A stretch of DNA of 53,184 bases from Clostridia bacterium (GTDB lineage Bacteria > Bacillota > Clostridia > Oscillospirales > CAG-272). Below, piece after piece: positions 16,664-26,878 of the stretch (its first letter is position 1; each line of letters opens with the position of its first letter). A program made the translations under genes and the position numbers. The DNA lies in the NCBI GenBank assembly GCA_017466625.1, contig JAFTTT010000002.1, positions 1 through 53,184 of the forward strand. Reading direction: 5' to 3'. The notes beneath the pieces are model-generated. The model was given only the letters and a program-made list of their open reading frames with translations. It was not told the origin of the DNA and searched no databases.

Positions 16664-18498
16664 GTTCTTTCACCTCCAAGCTTATTGGCTCCGCAACCGG
16701 AGCACTTTTCGCGGCAGTTGGGATTCGTTTTCGACTCAAACGCCTTTTTCCATTCGCGAAGGAAAAATTCCTTCGTAACTACGCAGTCTATAATATCCCA
16801 CGGCAGAACCTCGTCAAATCCGAACTGTCTGTTTGCGTAGAAGCTCGGGTCTATTCCCGCGTTTTCAAATGCCTTAAGCCAGTTTTCATACGAGAAATGC
16901 TCATCCCAGCCGTCAAACTTCTGACCGAGCTTGTGCGCTTCGATAAGCGCCGCGGAGAGCTTTCTGTTTCCACGTGCAAATACCGCCTCGATACGGCTGA
17001 CCTTCGCCTCGTGCCAGTTATAGCGTATATGCTTCTTCGACTTGACCTTTTCAAGCAGATGCTCCTGCTTCATCATAAGGGTCTCAAGGTCGTTCTGACC
17101 GAACCACTGGAATGAAGTAAAGGGCTTCGGAACGAAGCAAGCAACGCTTGCGGTGACTGTCGGTGCTCTTCCCTTCACGCGGTTGGGATTTTTATAGAAC
17201 TCGTCCTCGACCTTTAGTGCAAGATCTGCAATTCCCTCGATATCCTCAAGCGTTTCGGTCGGCAGACCGTTCATAAAGTAAAGCTTGACCGATGTCTTGC
17301 CTGCTTCAAACGCAGTACGGCAAGCTTTGAGCAGGTCGTCTTCACATACGTTTTTATTTATCGCGTCGCGCAGACGCTGTGTTCCCGCCTCGGGAGCAAA
17401 GGTAATACCGCCCGTACGGACCGTCGATATTTTATCCATAAGCTCCTTCGTGAAGCTGTCGATACGGAGCGACGGAAGCGACAAGCTGACCTTGCTTTCG
17501 TTAGTCCACTCGAGAAGCTTATCGGTAAGCTCGGGAAGATGCGTATAGTCGCTGATGCTGAGCGACGAAAGCGATATTTCATCAAAGCCGGTGCTTTCAT
17601 ACAGACACTTTGCCTGCTCGTTCAGCACGTCCGGGGTCTTGTCACGAACGGGACGGAAAATAATTCCTGCCTGGCAGAAGCGGCATCCGCGAATACATCC
17701 GCGGTATACCTCAAGGACGATCCTGTCGTGAACCGTCTCAATATACGGCATAATGAGCTTGTCGGGGAAATAGCTCTTGTCCATATCCTTGATGATACGC
17801 TTAACGATCTTGGTCGGAATATCATCGTATTTAGGCGTGTACGCCTCGATCGTGCCGTCGGGCTTGTACGTTACCTCATAAAGCGACGGAACGTAGAATC
17901 CGGGGAGCTTCGCAAGCTCGTGCAAGAACGCTTCCTTCGTATAGCTGCCGTCGTCCTTCATCTTATTATAAAGGCGCGTCATCTCGGGCAGCGCTTCCTC
18001 ACCCTCTCCGATGCTGAAGGCGTCGAAGAAATCGGCAACCGGCTCGGCGTTGTAAGCGCAAGGACCGCCACCGACGATTATCGGATAGCTGTCGTCGCGC
18101 TCCGACGCGAGAAGCGGAATATTTCCAAGCTCAAGCATATTGAGCACGTTGGTATACGAAAGCTCGTACTGGAGCGTAAAGGCAACGAAATCAAAGTCGC
18201 TTATCGGGTCACGGCTCTCGTGCGCAAAAAGCGGAATGCCGTTTTCACGCATCTTTTCCTCCATGTCGTCCCAAGGAGCATAAACTCTTTCGCACCAGAC
18301 GTCCTTTTCGAGGTTGAGAACGCCGTAAAGGAGACGCACGCCGAGGTTAGACATTCCGATCTCATAGGTGTCGGGGAAGCAAAACGCGACGCGACACTTG
18401 ATCTCATCCTTATTTTTAATTACCTGCCCGTACTCACCGCCGGTATATCTACCCGGCTTAAGAACCTGCTTGAGTATCGAGCGCATTTTTTTGTCCAT
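16645..18498 (-). CDS. TIGR03960-family B12-binding-domain radical SAM protein
   Basis: 617 aa; N-terminus KPGRYTGGEYG; radical-SAM motif CIRGCRFC. Confidence 0.8.
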   Translation of the reverse strand: MDKKMRSILKQVLKPGRYTGGEYGQVIKNKDEIKCRVAFCFPDTYEIGMSNLGVRLLYGVLNLEKDVWCERVYAPWDDMEEKMRENGIPLFAHESRDPISDFDFVAFTLQYELSYTNVLNMLELGNIPLLASERDDSYPIIVGGGPCAYNAEPVADFFDAFSIGEGEEALPEMTRLYNKMKDDGSYTKEAFLHELAKLPGFYVPSLYEVTYKPDGTIEAYTPKYDDIPTKIVKRIIKDMDKSYFPDKLIMPYIETVHDRIVLEVYRGCIRGCRFCQAGIIFRPVRDKTPDVLNEQAKCLYESTGFDEISLSSLSISDYTHLPELTDKLLEWTNESKVSLSLPSLRIDSFTKELMDKISTVRTGGITFAPEAGTQRLRDAINKNVCEDDLLKACRTAFEAGKTSVKLYFMNGLPTETLEDIEGIADLALKVEDEFYKNPNRVKGRAPTVTASVACFVPKPFTSFQWFGQNDLETLMMKQEHLLEKVKSKKHIRYNWHEAKVSRIEAVFARGNRKLSAALIEAHKLGQKFDGWDEHFSYENWLKAFENAGIDPSFYANRQFGFDEVLPWDIIDCVVTKEFFLREWKKAFESKTNPNCREKCSGCGANKLGGERTCCPKL

Positions 18499-18522
18499 TG
18501 TCTTTTCCTTTCAAAAATCCAC

Positions 18523-18550
18523 AAAAATGCAGTCTTTCGACTGCATTTTT
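18523..18550. terminator. intrinsic terminator after the 1112-aa gene
   Basis: AAAAATGCAGTC-TTTC-GACTGCATTTTT symmetric hairpin. Confidence 0.8.
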
Positions 18551-18571
18551 GGTTATGACCGAGTAGTCAGA

Positions 18572-21500
18572 TCACATCAAAAGAAATCTCGAGATAAGAT
18601 ATACCGATGCAAGCCAGAAGAGCTGGTAAAGAGCAACGTAGACCGAGCTTATCGCGGCTATCGAGCCGAGGAACGCGACGGCAGCGGTTATCGCGATACC
18701 GCCGAGTATCGAAAGCGTGGTTATCATTACGTTAGTCTTAGTTACGTGCTTGGTCTTGTCACACAGCGTGAATGCACGGAGGAGCGCCTTGACCGACTTT
18801 TTAGATACTATACCGCTGTCGGTGCGGTCGCTTCCGCGGCTTCTGTCGCCGAGATCGTCGTATTTGAGAACGCGAACGGGATACTTTGTCAGACGTATTC
18901 TCGTGCTGAGCATCTCGTCGTTGATGTTCGGGTCGATAGTCTTGATTCCTACGCAGATGCCCGACTTATAGAGGTTCTTGAGCGTCGCCTCAAATTCGGG
19001 ATCAATGCGGTAACGAACGTAGAACTTCGCTACGACCTCGTCGTCGCACACGAGGAACAGTATGCTTATATCGCCGCCCTCGACCTCTTCGTCCTCGGGA
19101 TCGGCAACGGGGAGATAACCGTTATGGCGGAGATAATCCGCCTTACCTGCGTAAAGGTGATGTCCGTCGACTACGGTCTCAATACCGTCCGCGTCTATCG
19201 AAATGACCTCGATATTCTGCGAGCGTCCTATATCGGCGGTTGCAACGTTAAGAACGTCGGAAAGCGGTCCGCCGACGCAGGAATAAACGCTTGCCATGTA
19301 GTAGATCGCAGTATCAAGACGTCCGCTTCCGAACACCTTGATCGAACGGAGCTTAACGCCCGCGGTCGGGAACACCTCCCTGTCGTCAAAGCTGATCGAG
19401 GAAGCAGAGGTGTACTCGTCTATCGCGCTCTCGCCGACTATTGCGCTTCCGTCGTCGTAGGAGACCTTCGACGCGCGGAACATCGGCAAGCTGAATGCGA
19501 AGAACGCAGTCACGGGGAGCGTGAATGCGAACGCCGCGTATCCCGTCGAAACGGCTGTCGCGAAATCCTTATTCACGAACGCACCGACGATTATGCCTGC
19601 AACAAACGCAACAAGTGTCGCAGGAATAAATGCGTTGAGCACGCTCTTAACTGAGGAATATTCGTTCGTGCGGCGGAAATATCCGTCGATAAATGCAGTC
19701 TTATTGATGCGGAATATATCCGGCTGACTCGGAAGGAACTTATCAAACGCCTTCGTCTCAAGCTCGGCGTCGATAATGTCAAGCTTTTCGAGAGCGAACT
19801 TGCTTCTCTTCGAGGATATGATCCTGAAGGTCATAAGCTCGCGTCTGAGGTCAAGGCGGCGTCCGAATGCAAAGATCAGAAGCGCAAGCGCCATCGGGAA
19901 ATTGAAGCCGACGATCGCGCTTCCTGCTCCGAAGAAGCAGGCGGTCAGCGAGTAGATCGCAGAAACGCCGAGCATAACGGGAAGAATGCTTTCGACCGTT
20001 ACTCTCTTATTCACAAGGTTCTTGAATCCGGTCACTACCTCCTTATAAAGGACGGCAAAGCCGATAATGAGAAGCTGGAAGCCCGTCATTACGTGTATGA
20101 TCGGATAGAACTCGGGGTTGAATACGTCAAGCGGCTTTCCGCCGAAAATACCGATATTTTCGTAGAAGAACAACAGTATGCTGATAGCCGCGAGCACGAA
20201 GAGCTTGATAGCGCTCTTGCCGTACTCCGTCTTATAGTTTTCAAAAATGCCCTTTATCTCGGAGGGAGAAACGAATTCCTTTATCGGCTCGTTTTCCTCC
20301 TCGAGCTTCGGCTTTTCCTTGACGGGCTCCTCGTCGGGAATGAGCTCGTCGGTGCTGGTACGGAGCTTATCTGCCGATTCCTTACCGATAGCGGCGTCAA
20401 GCTCCTCGTCCATTCCGAACGCGACCATGAGGTTCGCATCTATCTCGTCGAAGCTGTTTTCGTCAAATTCGCCTGCAAACTCACTGTATCTGTCAAGCTC
20501 GGGCGGAACGAGTGATCCGCTCTCGCTCGGCTCGCTTTCGGGCTCAACCTCGGCATCCGCCTCGGCTTGGGGCGCTTCCTCAACCGCTTCTGCGGCTTCT
20601 TCAACAAATCCGTCAAGCGCTTCGAGCTCCTCAAGCTCATCTTCATCAAGCTCGGGAACGTCGGAAAATTCCTCAAGAGCTTCGTCAGCCGCCTCATCGA
20701 AGAGCTCTTCGTCGGGTGCTTCTTCAATAGCTTTCTCAGCTTCCGCTTCCTTAACGGCTTCAGCGCGGCTCTCCGTCGGAGTAGACGTGCCGTAAACGTC
20801 GTCGAATACCGATTCGTCAAGCGAAAGGTCATCGTCGGAGAAGATATCTTCAAGAGACGAGATGTCGGAGTCGCGCATTTCCTCCGCTTCCGGCTCTGCC
20901 TCCTCTTCGGTTTCCTCTTCGATAACGGGCTCTGTCTCTTCTATGATCTCGTTTTCGACTTCTTCAAAAGCTTCAGTTTCTTTTTCAGCTTCTTCAACTT
21001 CTTCTGTAGCTACGGTCTCTTCAACTGCTTCAGCTTCCTCTTCATCGAGGATCTCCTCGCCTGATCTTTCGGTAAGCACGAAATCGTCAAGGCCGTCATC
21101 ATAGTCCTCTGCGGAATTTCTTATAGCGTCGCTTATTGCGGTAAACGTAAGCGTATCGCTTTCGTCATCCTGTTCATCGAGGTTGAAGGAGATCTCAACG
21201 GTATTCGAAAGGTCGATAGCGACCGTATCTCCGCCCGTCATTACCTCATTTTCTTCCTTTTCCTCATCAATGATAGGCGCGTTCTGTGCCGCAAGTATCT
21301 CGCGGACCGACATAAATCCGCCCTCGTCATCGTCAGATACGTAAGCGATAGTCTTTTCGATATCGGTCATCGGACGAAGCGGCGCCTGCATGGTGTCCGC
21401 CATACTGTCGTATTTTTCAATACCGTCAAGCTCGGGAACGTCACATACCTTTCCGCCCTCGCTCAAGCGGTTATACAGCTCCTCATCGGGCGCTGTAAAG

Positions 21501-21910
21501 CCCTTTGCGTCCTCAATGTCGGGCTCTGCGGTGCTTCCCTCGGATATTTCCTCGGGGATCTCTATCGAGGAAAGCGTCTGAACGAATTCTTCTTCGATCT
21601 CAACGTTTTCCGCTCTCTCGGTCATTCTCTTATAGTCTTCCTCCGGGAGATACTTCTTCATAAGCTCGTCGATATTGAGGTCCTCGATCTCGGACTTCGG
21701 CACGGGACTTTCGAATATGTAACCGTCATTTTCGGCCACGTGCTCCTTTATATCCTCCTCGGATACCGAAGCGGTTATCTTGCCCGAACGGCGGAACTTG
21801 TATTTCTTTCCGACACCGCTTTTTTCCTCGGCTTCGCCTTCTGCCATATTTGCCTTAAGCTGGGCGAGAAGCTCGTCCGCGGATATATCGGAATTATGCT
21901 TGTTATCCAT
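18572..21910 (-). CDS. large membrane protein: acidic low-complexity N-terminal half plus a degenerate P-type-ATPase-like C-terminal half
   Basis: 1112 aa counted from ATG 21910 (AAAGGGG RBS). About 560 aa are Glu/Asp-rich, followed by TM helices and a P/N-domain-like region with altered motifs. Confidence 0.6.
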   Translation of the reverse strand: MDNKHNSDISADELLAQLKANMAEGEAEEKSGVGKKYKFRRSGKITASVSEEDIKEHVAENDGYIFESPVPKSEIEDLNIDELMKKYLPEEDYKRMTERAENVEIEEEFVQTLSSIEIPEEISEGSTAEPDIEDAKGFTAPDEELYNRLSEGGKVCDVPELDGIEKYDSMADTMQAPLRPMTDIEKTIAYVSDDDEGGFMSVREILAAQNAPIIDEEKEENEVMTGGDTVAIDLSNTVEISFNLDEQDDESDTLTFTAISDAIRNSAEDYDDGLDDFVLTERSGEEILDEEEAEAVEETVATEEVEEAEKETEAFEEVENEIIEETEPVIEEETEEEAEPEAEEMRDSDISSLEDIFSDDDLSLDESVFDDVYGTSTPTESRAEAVKEAEAEKAIEEAPDEELFDEAADEALEEFSDVPELDEDELEELEALDGFVEEAAEAVEEAPQAEADAEVEPESEPSESGSLVPPELDRYSEFAGEFDENSFDEIDANLMVAFGMDEELDAAIGKESADKLRTSTDELIPDEEPVKEKPKLEEENEPIKEFVSPSEIKGIFENYKTEYGKSAIKLFVLAAISILLFFYENIGIFGGKPLDVFNPEFYPIIHVMTGFQLLIIGFAVLYKEVVTGFKNLVNKRVTVESILPVMLGVSAIYSLTACFFGAGSAIVGFNFPMALALLIFAFGRRLDLRRELMTFRIISSKRSKFALEKLDIIDAELETKAFDKFLPSQPDIFRINKTAFIDGYFRRTNEYSSVKSVLNAFIPATLVAFVAGIIVGAFVNKDFATAVSTGYAAFAFTLPVTAFFAFSLPMFRASKVSYDDGSAIVGESAIDEYTSASSISFDDREVFPTAGVKLRSIKVFGSGRLDTAIYYMASVYSCVGGPLSDVLNVATADIGRSQNIEVISIDADGIETVVDGHHLYAGKADYLRHNGYLPVADPEDEEVEGGDISILFLVCDDEVVAKFYVRYRIDPEFEATLKNLYKSGICVGIKTIDPNINDEMLSTRIRLTKYPVRVLKYDDLGDRSRGSDRTDSGIVSKKSVKALLRAFTLCDKTKHVTKTNVMITTLSILGGIAITAAVAFLGSIAAISSVYVALYQLFWLASVYLISRFLLM

Positions 21911-21926
21911 TTTGAGCACCCCTTTC

Positions 21927-22742
21927 TTACTTACCGAAGTTTCTCTGCCTTGCGGCTTCGCAAAGGATGACCGCACCGGCTGTCGAAACGTTGAGAGAGT
22001 TTATGCTTCCGTACATCGGAATTGAGATTATGTAATCGCTTTTATCCTTAAGCAGCCGCGACACTCCGAAGCCCTCGCTTCCGAGGATTATCGCAGCGGC
22101 ACAGGTCATATCGGTCTCGAAGTGAGGACTTCCGCCCGCCTCAGCGGCGAATATCCAGAGTCCCTTTTCCTTAAGCTCGTCGACCGTCTGCGCGAGGTTA
22201 GTCACCTTTGCGACGGGAACGTACTCGACCGCGCCTGCAGATGCGCGTCCAACGGCTTCGGTAAGACCGACTGCGCGTCTTTTCGGAATGATGACTCCGT
22301 GTGCGCCGGCACACTCTGCAACTCGCAGAAGCGCGCCGAGGTTTTGCGGATCTTCAACTCCGTCAGCAATTATGATAAGCGGCTTTTCGCCCTTATTTTT
22401 TGCATTTTCGAGGATCTCGTCGACCGAAACGTAATCCTTAAGCGCCGCCGATGCGATAACGCCCTGATGCGCCTGACCGCCTGACATATTGTCAAGCTTG
22501 CTTCCCTCGACCTCGATGACGGGTATATTCCGTCCGATCGCCTCGGAAACGATAACGGTTATAGATCCCGTTCTCTCGCCTTTTTTTACATAGACCTTGT
22601 CGATATCGCGTCCGCTCTTCAAAAGCTCCGAAACGGCGTTTCTGCCGATAACGTAGGAGCCCGAAAGCGGCTTGCTTTCTGCCTGTCTGCGCTCAAAATT
22701 GCGTCGATCGTTATTCCTCTTTTTGTCGTATCTTTTTTCCAT
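21927..22742 (-). CDS. rlmB: 23S rRNA (guanosine-2'-O)-methyltransferase, SpoU/TrmH family (RlmB-like)
   Basis: 271 aa; basic N-terminus, GRNAV substrate-binding domain, C-terminal SpoU motifs (NLGALLR, LGSEGFG, IPMYGSINSLNVS). Confidence 0.85.
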   Translation of the reverse strand: MEKRYDKKRNNDRRNFERRQAESKPLSGSYVIGRNAVSELLKSGRDIDKVYVKKGERTGSITVIVSEAIGRNIPVIEVEGSKLDNMSGGQAHQGVIASAALKDYVSVDEILENAKNKGEKPLIIIADGVEDPQNLGALLRVAECAGAHGVIIPKRRAVGLTEAVGRASAGAVEYVPVAKVTNLAQTVDELKEKGLWIFAAEAGGSPHFETDMTCAAAIILGSEGFGVSRLLKDKSDYIISIPMYGSINSLNVSTAGAVILCEAARQRNFGK

Positions 22743-22782
22743 CTTACCTATCCGTTCATGATCGCATAGTTATACATCGTCT

Positions 22783-22811
22783 ATTATATCACAAAAAACT
22801 TCCTTTGTATA
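22783..22811 (-). promoter_or_regulatory. candidate promoter of rlmB and the large gene
   Basis: minus strand TATACA-17 nt-TATAAT with TGn extension. Confidence 0.45.
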
Positions 22812-22832
22812 TAACTTTTTACAAAAAATAAT

Positions 22833-22863
22833 AAAAAAGCAGAGAAATTCGTCATTTCTCTGC
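22833..22863 (-). terminator. intrinsic terminator of clpX
   Basis: minus strand GCAGAGAAATGACGAATTTCTCTGC followed by TTTTTT. Confidence 0.85.
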
Positions 22864-22872
22864 CTTTCATCA

Positions 22873-24147
22873 TTAAGTTACAAGCTTGGGAGCGACGCCC
22901 TTTGCTACGGTGTCGGCGGTTATCACGACCTCTTTTACGTCGGTCCTGCCGGGGAGAGTGTACATAGTATCGAGAAGCACATTTTCAACTATCGCACGCA
23001 GTCCTCTTGCACCGGTCTTGAGCTCTATCGCCTTATCTGCGATCTTTTCAAGCGCGCCGTCGGTGAAGCGGAGCTCGACGTTGTCCATTTCGAACAGCTT
23101 TTTATACTGCTTGGTTATAGCGTTCTTCGGCTCGCGAAGTATCTTAACGAGCGCATCGCGGTCGAGGTTCTTAAGCGCAACGATAACGGGAATGCGTCCG
23201 ACAAGCTCGGGAATGATACCGTATTTTACGATATCGTGAGGGGTCACGTCCTTAAACAGATCGACCTTCTCCTTCTGCTCCTTAGTCAGCACCTCGCTCG
23301 AAAAGCCGATGCTCTGCTTATCGCGGTTTACTCGCTTGCTGATGGTCTCATCAAGCTTATCAAACGCGCCGCCGCAGATAAAGAGGATATTCTCGGTATT
23401 TATCTGTATAAACTCCTGATTCGGATGCTTTCTGCCGCCCTGCGGAGGAACGTTAGATACCGTTCCCTCAAGGATCTTAAGAAGCGCCTGCTGAACGCCC
23501 TCGCCCGAAACGTCACGCGTGATCGAACGGTTTTCGCTCTTACGGGAAATCTTATCTATCTCATCGATATAGATGATTCCCTTCTCTGCCTTCTCGACAT
23601 CGAAGTCAGCCGCCTGGATAAGACGGAGAAGAATGTTCTCAACGTCCTCACCGACGTAACCTGCCTCGGTAAGAGTCGTCGCGTCCGCTATCGCGAAAGG
23701 CACCTTAAGGGTCTTCGCGAGCGTCTGTGCAAGGAAGGTCTTGCCGACACCAGTCGGTCCGATAAGAAGCACGTTACTCTTCTGTATCTCTACGCCGTCG
23801 GCGTTATCCTTCTTCTGAAGTATTCTCTTATAGTGGTTATAAACTGCGACAGAAAGAGTCTTTTTCGCGTCGTCCTGACCGATAACGTACTCGTCAAGGA
23901 CCGCCTTAAGCTCCGACGGCTTCGGCAGAGTTTCAAGCGAAAGCTCGCTTTTGCCCGTTCTTGCAGTCTTTTTACCGCCGCGGCTTATGCCAAAATGCTC
24001 TTCGACGAGATGGTTGCATCCGTCAAGGCACTTATCGCAGATGTAAAGACCCGTCGGCGACGGAATGAGGAACTGGACCTCATCCTCACGGCGTCCGCAA
24101 TAATCGCAATAAACGTGATTATTACCGTTGTTTTCGTTATTTGCCAT
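22873..24147 (-). CDS. clpX: ATP-dependent Clp protease ATP-binding subunit ClpX
   Basis: 424 aa; N-terminal zinc ribbon CDYCGR...CDKC; Walker A GPTGVGKT; conserved ClpX blocks throughout. Confidence 0.95.
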   Translation of the reverse strand: MANNENNGNNHVYCDYCGRREDEVQFLIPSPTGLYICDKCLDGCNHLVEEHFGISRGGKKTARTGKSELSLETLPKPSELKAVLDEYVIGQDDAKKTLSVAVYNHYKRILQKKDNADGVEIQKSNVLLIGPTGVGKTFLAQTLAKTLKVPFAIADATTLTEAGYVGEDVENILLRLIQAADFDVEKAEKGIIYIDEIDKISRKSENRSITRDVSGEGVQQALLKILEGTVSNVPPQGGRKHPNQEFIQINTENILFICGGAFDKLDETISKRVNRDKQSIGFSSEVLTKEQKEKVDLFKDVTPHDIVKYGIIPELVGRIPVIVALKNLDRDALVKILREPKNAITKQYKKLFEMDNVELRFTDGALEKIADKAIELKTGARGLRAIVENVLLDTMYTLPGRTDVKEVVITADTVAKGVAPKLVT

Positions 24148-24149
24148 TA

Positions 24150-24734
24150 TCAGTCTCTCTTTTCGATAACTCTGTCAATAAGTCCGTATTCAAGTGCGGC
24201 TTCTGCCGAAAGGAAGTTATCGCGGTCGGTATCGCGCGCGATCTCCTCAATAGTTTTACCCGTGTTCTTTGCGAGTATCTTATTGAGCTTTTCTCTCGTT
24301 GCGATGATGTGATCTGCGTGGATCTTGATGTCCGACGCCTGACCCTGCATACCGCCGAGGGGCTGATGGATCATTATCTCGCTGTTCGGAAGCGCAAGAC
24401 GCTTGCCCTTAGTGCCTGCCGAAAGAAGGAACGCGCCCATGCTTGCAGCCATTCCGACGCAAATGGTCGAAACGTCACACTTAATAAAATTCATAGTATC
24501 GTATATCGCAAGTCCTGCAGAAACTGATCCGCCGGGGCTGTTGATATAAAGGCAGATGTCCTTATCGGGATCCTGCGCTTCAAGGAAAAGAAGCTGCGCG
24601 ATAACGAGCGACGCCGTAACGTCGTTTACCTCATCCGAAAGGAATATGATTCTGTCGTTAAGCAGGCGGGAGTATATATCATAAGCTCTTTCGCCTCTGT
24701 TTGTCTGTTCAACTACGGTTGGTACGAGTGCCAT
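24150..24734 (-). CDS. clpP: ATP-dependent Clp protease proteolytic subunit ClpP
   Basis: start ATG 24734 after GGAGG ([25 protein letters not shown]); catalytic Ser context GMAASMG. Confidence 0.95.
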   Translation of the reverse strand: MALVPTVVEQTNRGERAYDIYSRLLNDRIIFLSDEVNDVTASLVIAQLLFLEAQDPDKDICLYINSPGGSVSAGLAIYDTMNFIKCDVSTICVGMAASMGAFLLSAGTKGKRLALPNSEIMIHQPLGGMQGQASDIKIHADHIIATREKLNKILAKNTGKTIEEIARDTDRDNFLSAEAALEYGLIDRVIEKRD

Positions 24735-24790
24735 AAATTTCCTCCTATAAATCCGTGCGGAAAGCACTGTTATATGCTTTCCGCGCGATG

Positions 24791-25432
24791 TCAGTATGAA
24801 AGAATGAAGTTTGCTATACGCTCGGAAAGAAGAACGTGTCCTGCGTCATTCGGATGAAGACCGTCGGGCATAAATCTTTCTCTCTGCGCGTCTATCGACG
24901 GCTGAACGCCGTAATTTGCAAAAAGATCAATAACGGGAAGCGAATAGAAACGCGCCGCTTCTTTAATAGCATCAACGTAATCGGAAAGAAGCTTCCCCTT
25001 CATATCGGGCTGGTTCTCCGTCAAACGGTGAAGAGGCGTACAAATGAAGATATTCGCCTCGGGATACTCGGTCATAAGGTATCTGTAAAGATAGTGAAGC
25101 GCTCCGCAGAAGGTATCGGGGGTTCTGTCCGACATTTCGCCGAACGGTGCGTCACCATGACCGACGTCGTTTGTTCCGCCAAATACAACGATAATATCTG
25201 CATCTCTGTCCATCTCGACCGCTCTCATCGGAAAATCAAGATCGTGGCGGGGATATTCAGAGGGCTTTACCTGCTTTGCAAGGCGTGTTCCTCCAATTCC
25301 GTAATTACGGGCTTCGCTAAGACCGTACTTTTCCTTCATAAGCTGATGGAAGCACTTATCCTGTCCCGTCGTTCCGGCACCCTCTGTGATACTGTCTCCA
25401 AGGAAGTTTATCTTCTTACCCTTAAGTTCCAT
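24791..25432 (-). CDS. GDSL/SGNH family esterase-lipase
   Basis: 213 aa; blocks [27 protein letters not shown]. Confidence 0.8.
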   Translation of the reverse strand: MELKGKKINFLGDSITEGAGTTGQDKCFHQLMKEKYGLSEARNYGIGGTRLAKQVKPSEYPRHDLDFPMRAVEMDRDADIIVVFGGTNDVGHGDAPFGEMSDRTPDTFCGALHYLYRYLMTEYPEANIFICTPLHRLTENQPDMKGKLLSDYVDAIKEAARFYSLPVIDLFANYGVQPSIDAQRERFMPDGLHPNDAGHVLLSERIANFILSY

Positions 25433-25433
25433 A

Positions 25434-26789
25434 TTACTCGGTTACTTCTTCAGTCTTCTCTTCGGCTGCTTCCTCTGCCTTGGGAGCTGCCTTCTTAGCT
25501 CTGGGCTTGCGGGGCTTGGTGATGGAAGCGTTCGCCTTAACTACCTCAACCGCCTTCGATACCTTGATATCGTCGGTAATCATGTCGGGGGTGATCTGCG
25601 CCTTTACCTCGGAAAGCTCGATGCGGTAAGCGTCGGCGATCTTCTGAAGCTCTGCTTCGATTTCTTCCTCGGTTACCTCGATATTCTCGAGCTCGGCGAT
25701 CTTCTCAAGAGCGAGACGGGTCTTGACCTGCTTTTCAGCTATCGGTCTGAACTGCTCTCTCATGTTGTCGAGGGTCATACCGGTATACTTGAGGTAAGTA
25801 TTGAGGTCGAGTCCCTGCATTCTGAGACGGTTGTCGTAGTCGCGGACCTGGTTCTCGGTCTCGGTTATGAACATTGCTTCGGGAATGTCAGCTTCGAGGT
25901 TCTCGATAAGCTTTTCGATAAGCTTATTCTCAACTTCTCTATCTGCCTCTGCATTGTGTCTCTCTGTGATTTTTGCCTCAACGTCCTTCTTATATTCATC
26001 AAAGGTGTCAAATTCCGAAACGTCCTTTGCGAACTCGTCATCAAGCTCGGGAAGCTCGTTGAACTTAATTTCGTGAAGAACAGTCTTGAATACAGCCGCC
26101 TTACCTGCAAGCTCAGCTGCGTGGTACTCGGTCGGGAAGGTAACGTTTACGTCGAAGGCGTCGCCGGGGTTGTGACCAACGATCTGCTCTTCAAATCCGG
26201 GAATGAACTGACCGGAGCCGAGAGTAAGGTTATACTTTTCGCCCTTGCCGCCCTCGAAGGGAACACCGTCAACGGAGCCCTCGTAGTCGATAACTGCGAT
26301 ATCGCCCTCAGCCGCTGCGCGGTCGGTGATATCAACAGTGCGGGAGTTGCGAGCGCGAACCTGCTCGATCTGTGCGTTTACTTCCTCCTCGGTAGTAGGA
26401 GCAACGGCTCTCGTTACCTTATAGCCCTTATATTCCTTAACGGTAACCTCGGGCTTGACCGGGAAGGATGCCTTGAGAACAAGGCCGTTATCGTCAAGAG
26501 AAACGATATCGAACTCTGCCTGGCCTACGGGAGTCTCGCCGCACTCGGTGATCGCCTCGTCGTATGCCTTGGGGAGAAGTGCGTTAATTGCTTCATCGTA
26601 GAACACGCCCTTACCGTACATCTTCTCAACAACGGAACGGGGTGCCTTACCCTTTCTGAAGCCGGGAACGTTCATGTTCTTAACATTCTTTCTGTATGCG
26701 GCCTCGACTGCCTTGTCGAAGCTCTCCTTGTCGATAGCTATTTCGATATCGACCTGATTTCCATTTTTGTTTGTGCTTTTCAAGCTCAT
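25434..26789 (-). CDS. tig: trigger factor with a Lys/Glu-rich C-terminal tail
   Basis: 451 aa; conserved PGFRKGKAPR ribosome-binding motif and FKBP-type middle domain. Confidence 0.95.
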   Translation of the reverse strand: MSLKSTNKNGNQVDIEIAIDKESFDKAVEAAYRKNVKNMNVPGFRKGKAPRSVVEKMYGKGVFYDEAINALLPKAYDEAITECGETPVGQAEFDIVSLDDNGLVLKASFPVKPEVTVKEYKGYKVTRAVAPTTEEEVNAQIEQVRARNSRTVDITDRAAAEGDIAVIDYEGSVDGVPFEGGKGEKYNLTLGSGQFIPGFEEQIVGHNPGDAFDVNVTFPTEYHAAELAGKAAVFKTVLHEIKFNELPELDDEFAKDVSEFDTFDEYKKDVEAKITERHNAEADREVENKLIEKLIENLEADIPEAMFITETENQVRDYDNRLRMQGLDLNTYLKYTGMTLDNMREQFRPIAEKQVKTRLALEKIAELENIEVTEEEIEAELQKIADAYRIELSEVKAQITPDMITDDIKVSKAVEVVKANASITKPRKPRAKKAAPKAEEAAEEKTEEVTE

Positions 26790-26825
26790 TTTGTTTTTTC
26801 CTCCGATGATATTAATATCCTTATA

Positions 26826-26853
26826 ATTTTACCAAATTTTCGCTTAATGTCAA
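26826..26853 (-). promoter_or_regulatory. candidate sigma-A promoter of tig
   Basis: minus strand TTGACA-16 nt-TAAAAT. Confidence 0.5.
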
Positions 26854-26878
26854 TAGATTTGGGCGAAAAAGTGGTTAA

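Noticed and set aside
20250-21100. Highly repetitive GA/CT-rich DNA with many overlapping ORFs on both strands
   Set aside because: This is the low-complexity Glu/Asp-rich coding region of the 1112-aa protein. The other-frame and antisense ORFs (Ser-rich, Arg/Lys-rich) are by-products of the codon repetition.
24791-25432. GDSL esterase gene inserted between tig and clpP, considered as a possible mobile or accessory insertion
   Set aside because: There are no flanking repeats, the composition looks like that of the neighbours, and the gene is tightly packed on the same strand. I cannot support anything beyond an ordinary lineage-specific gene order.
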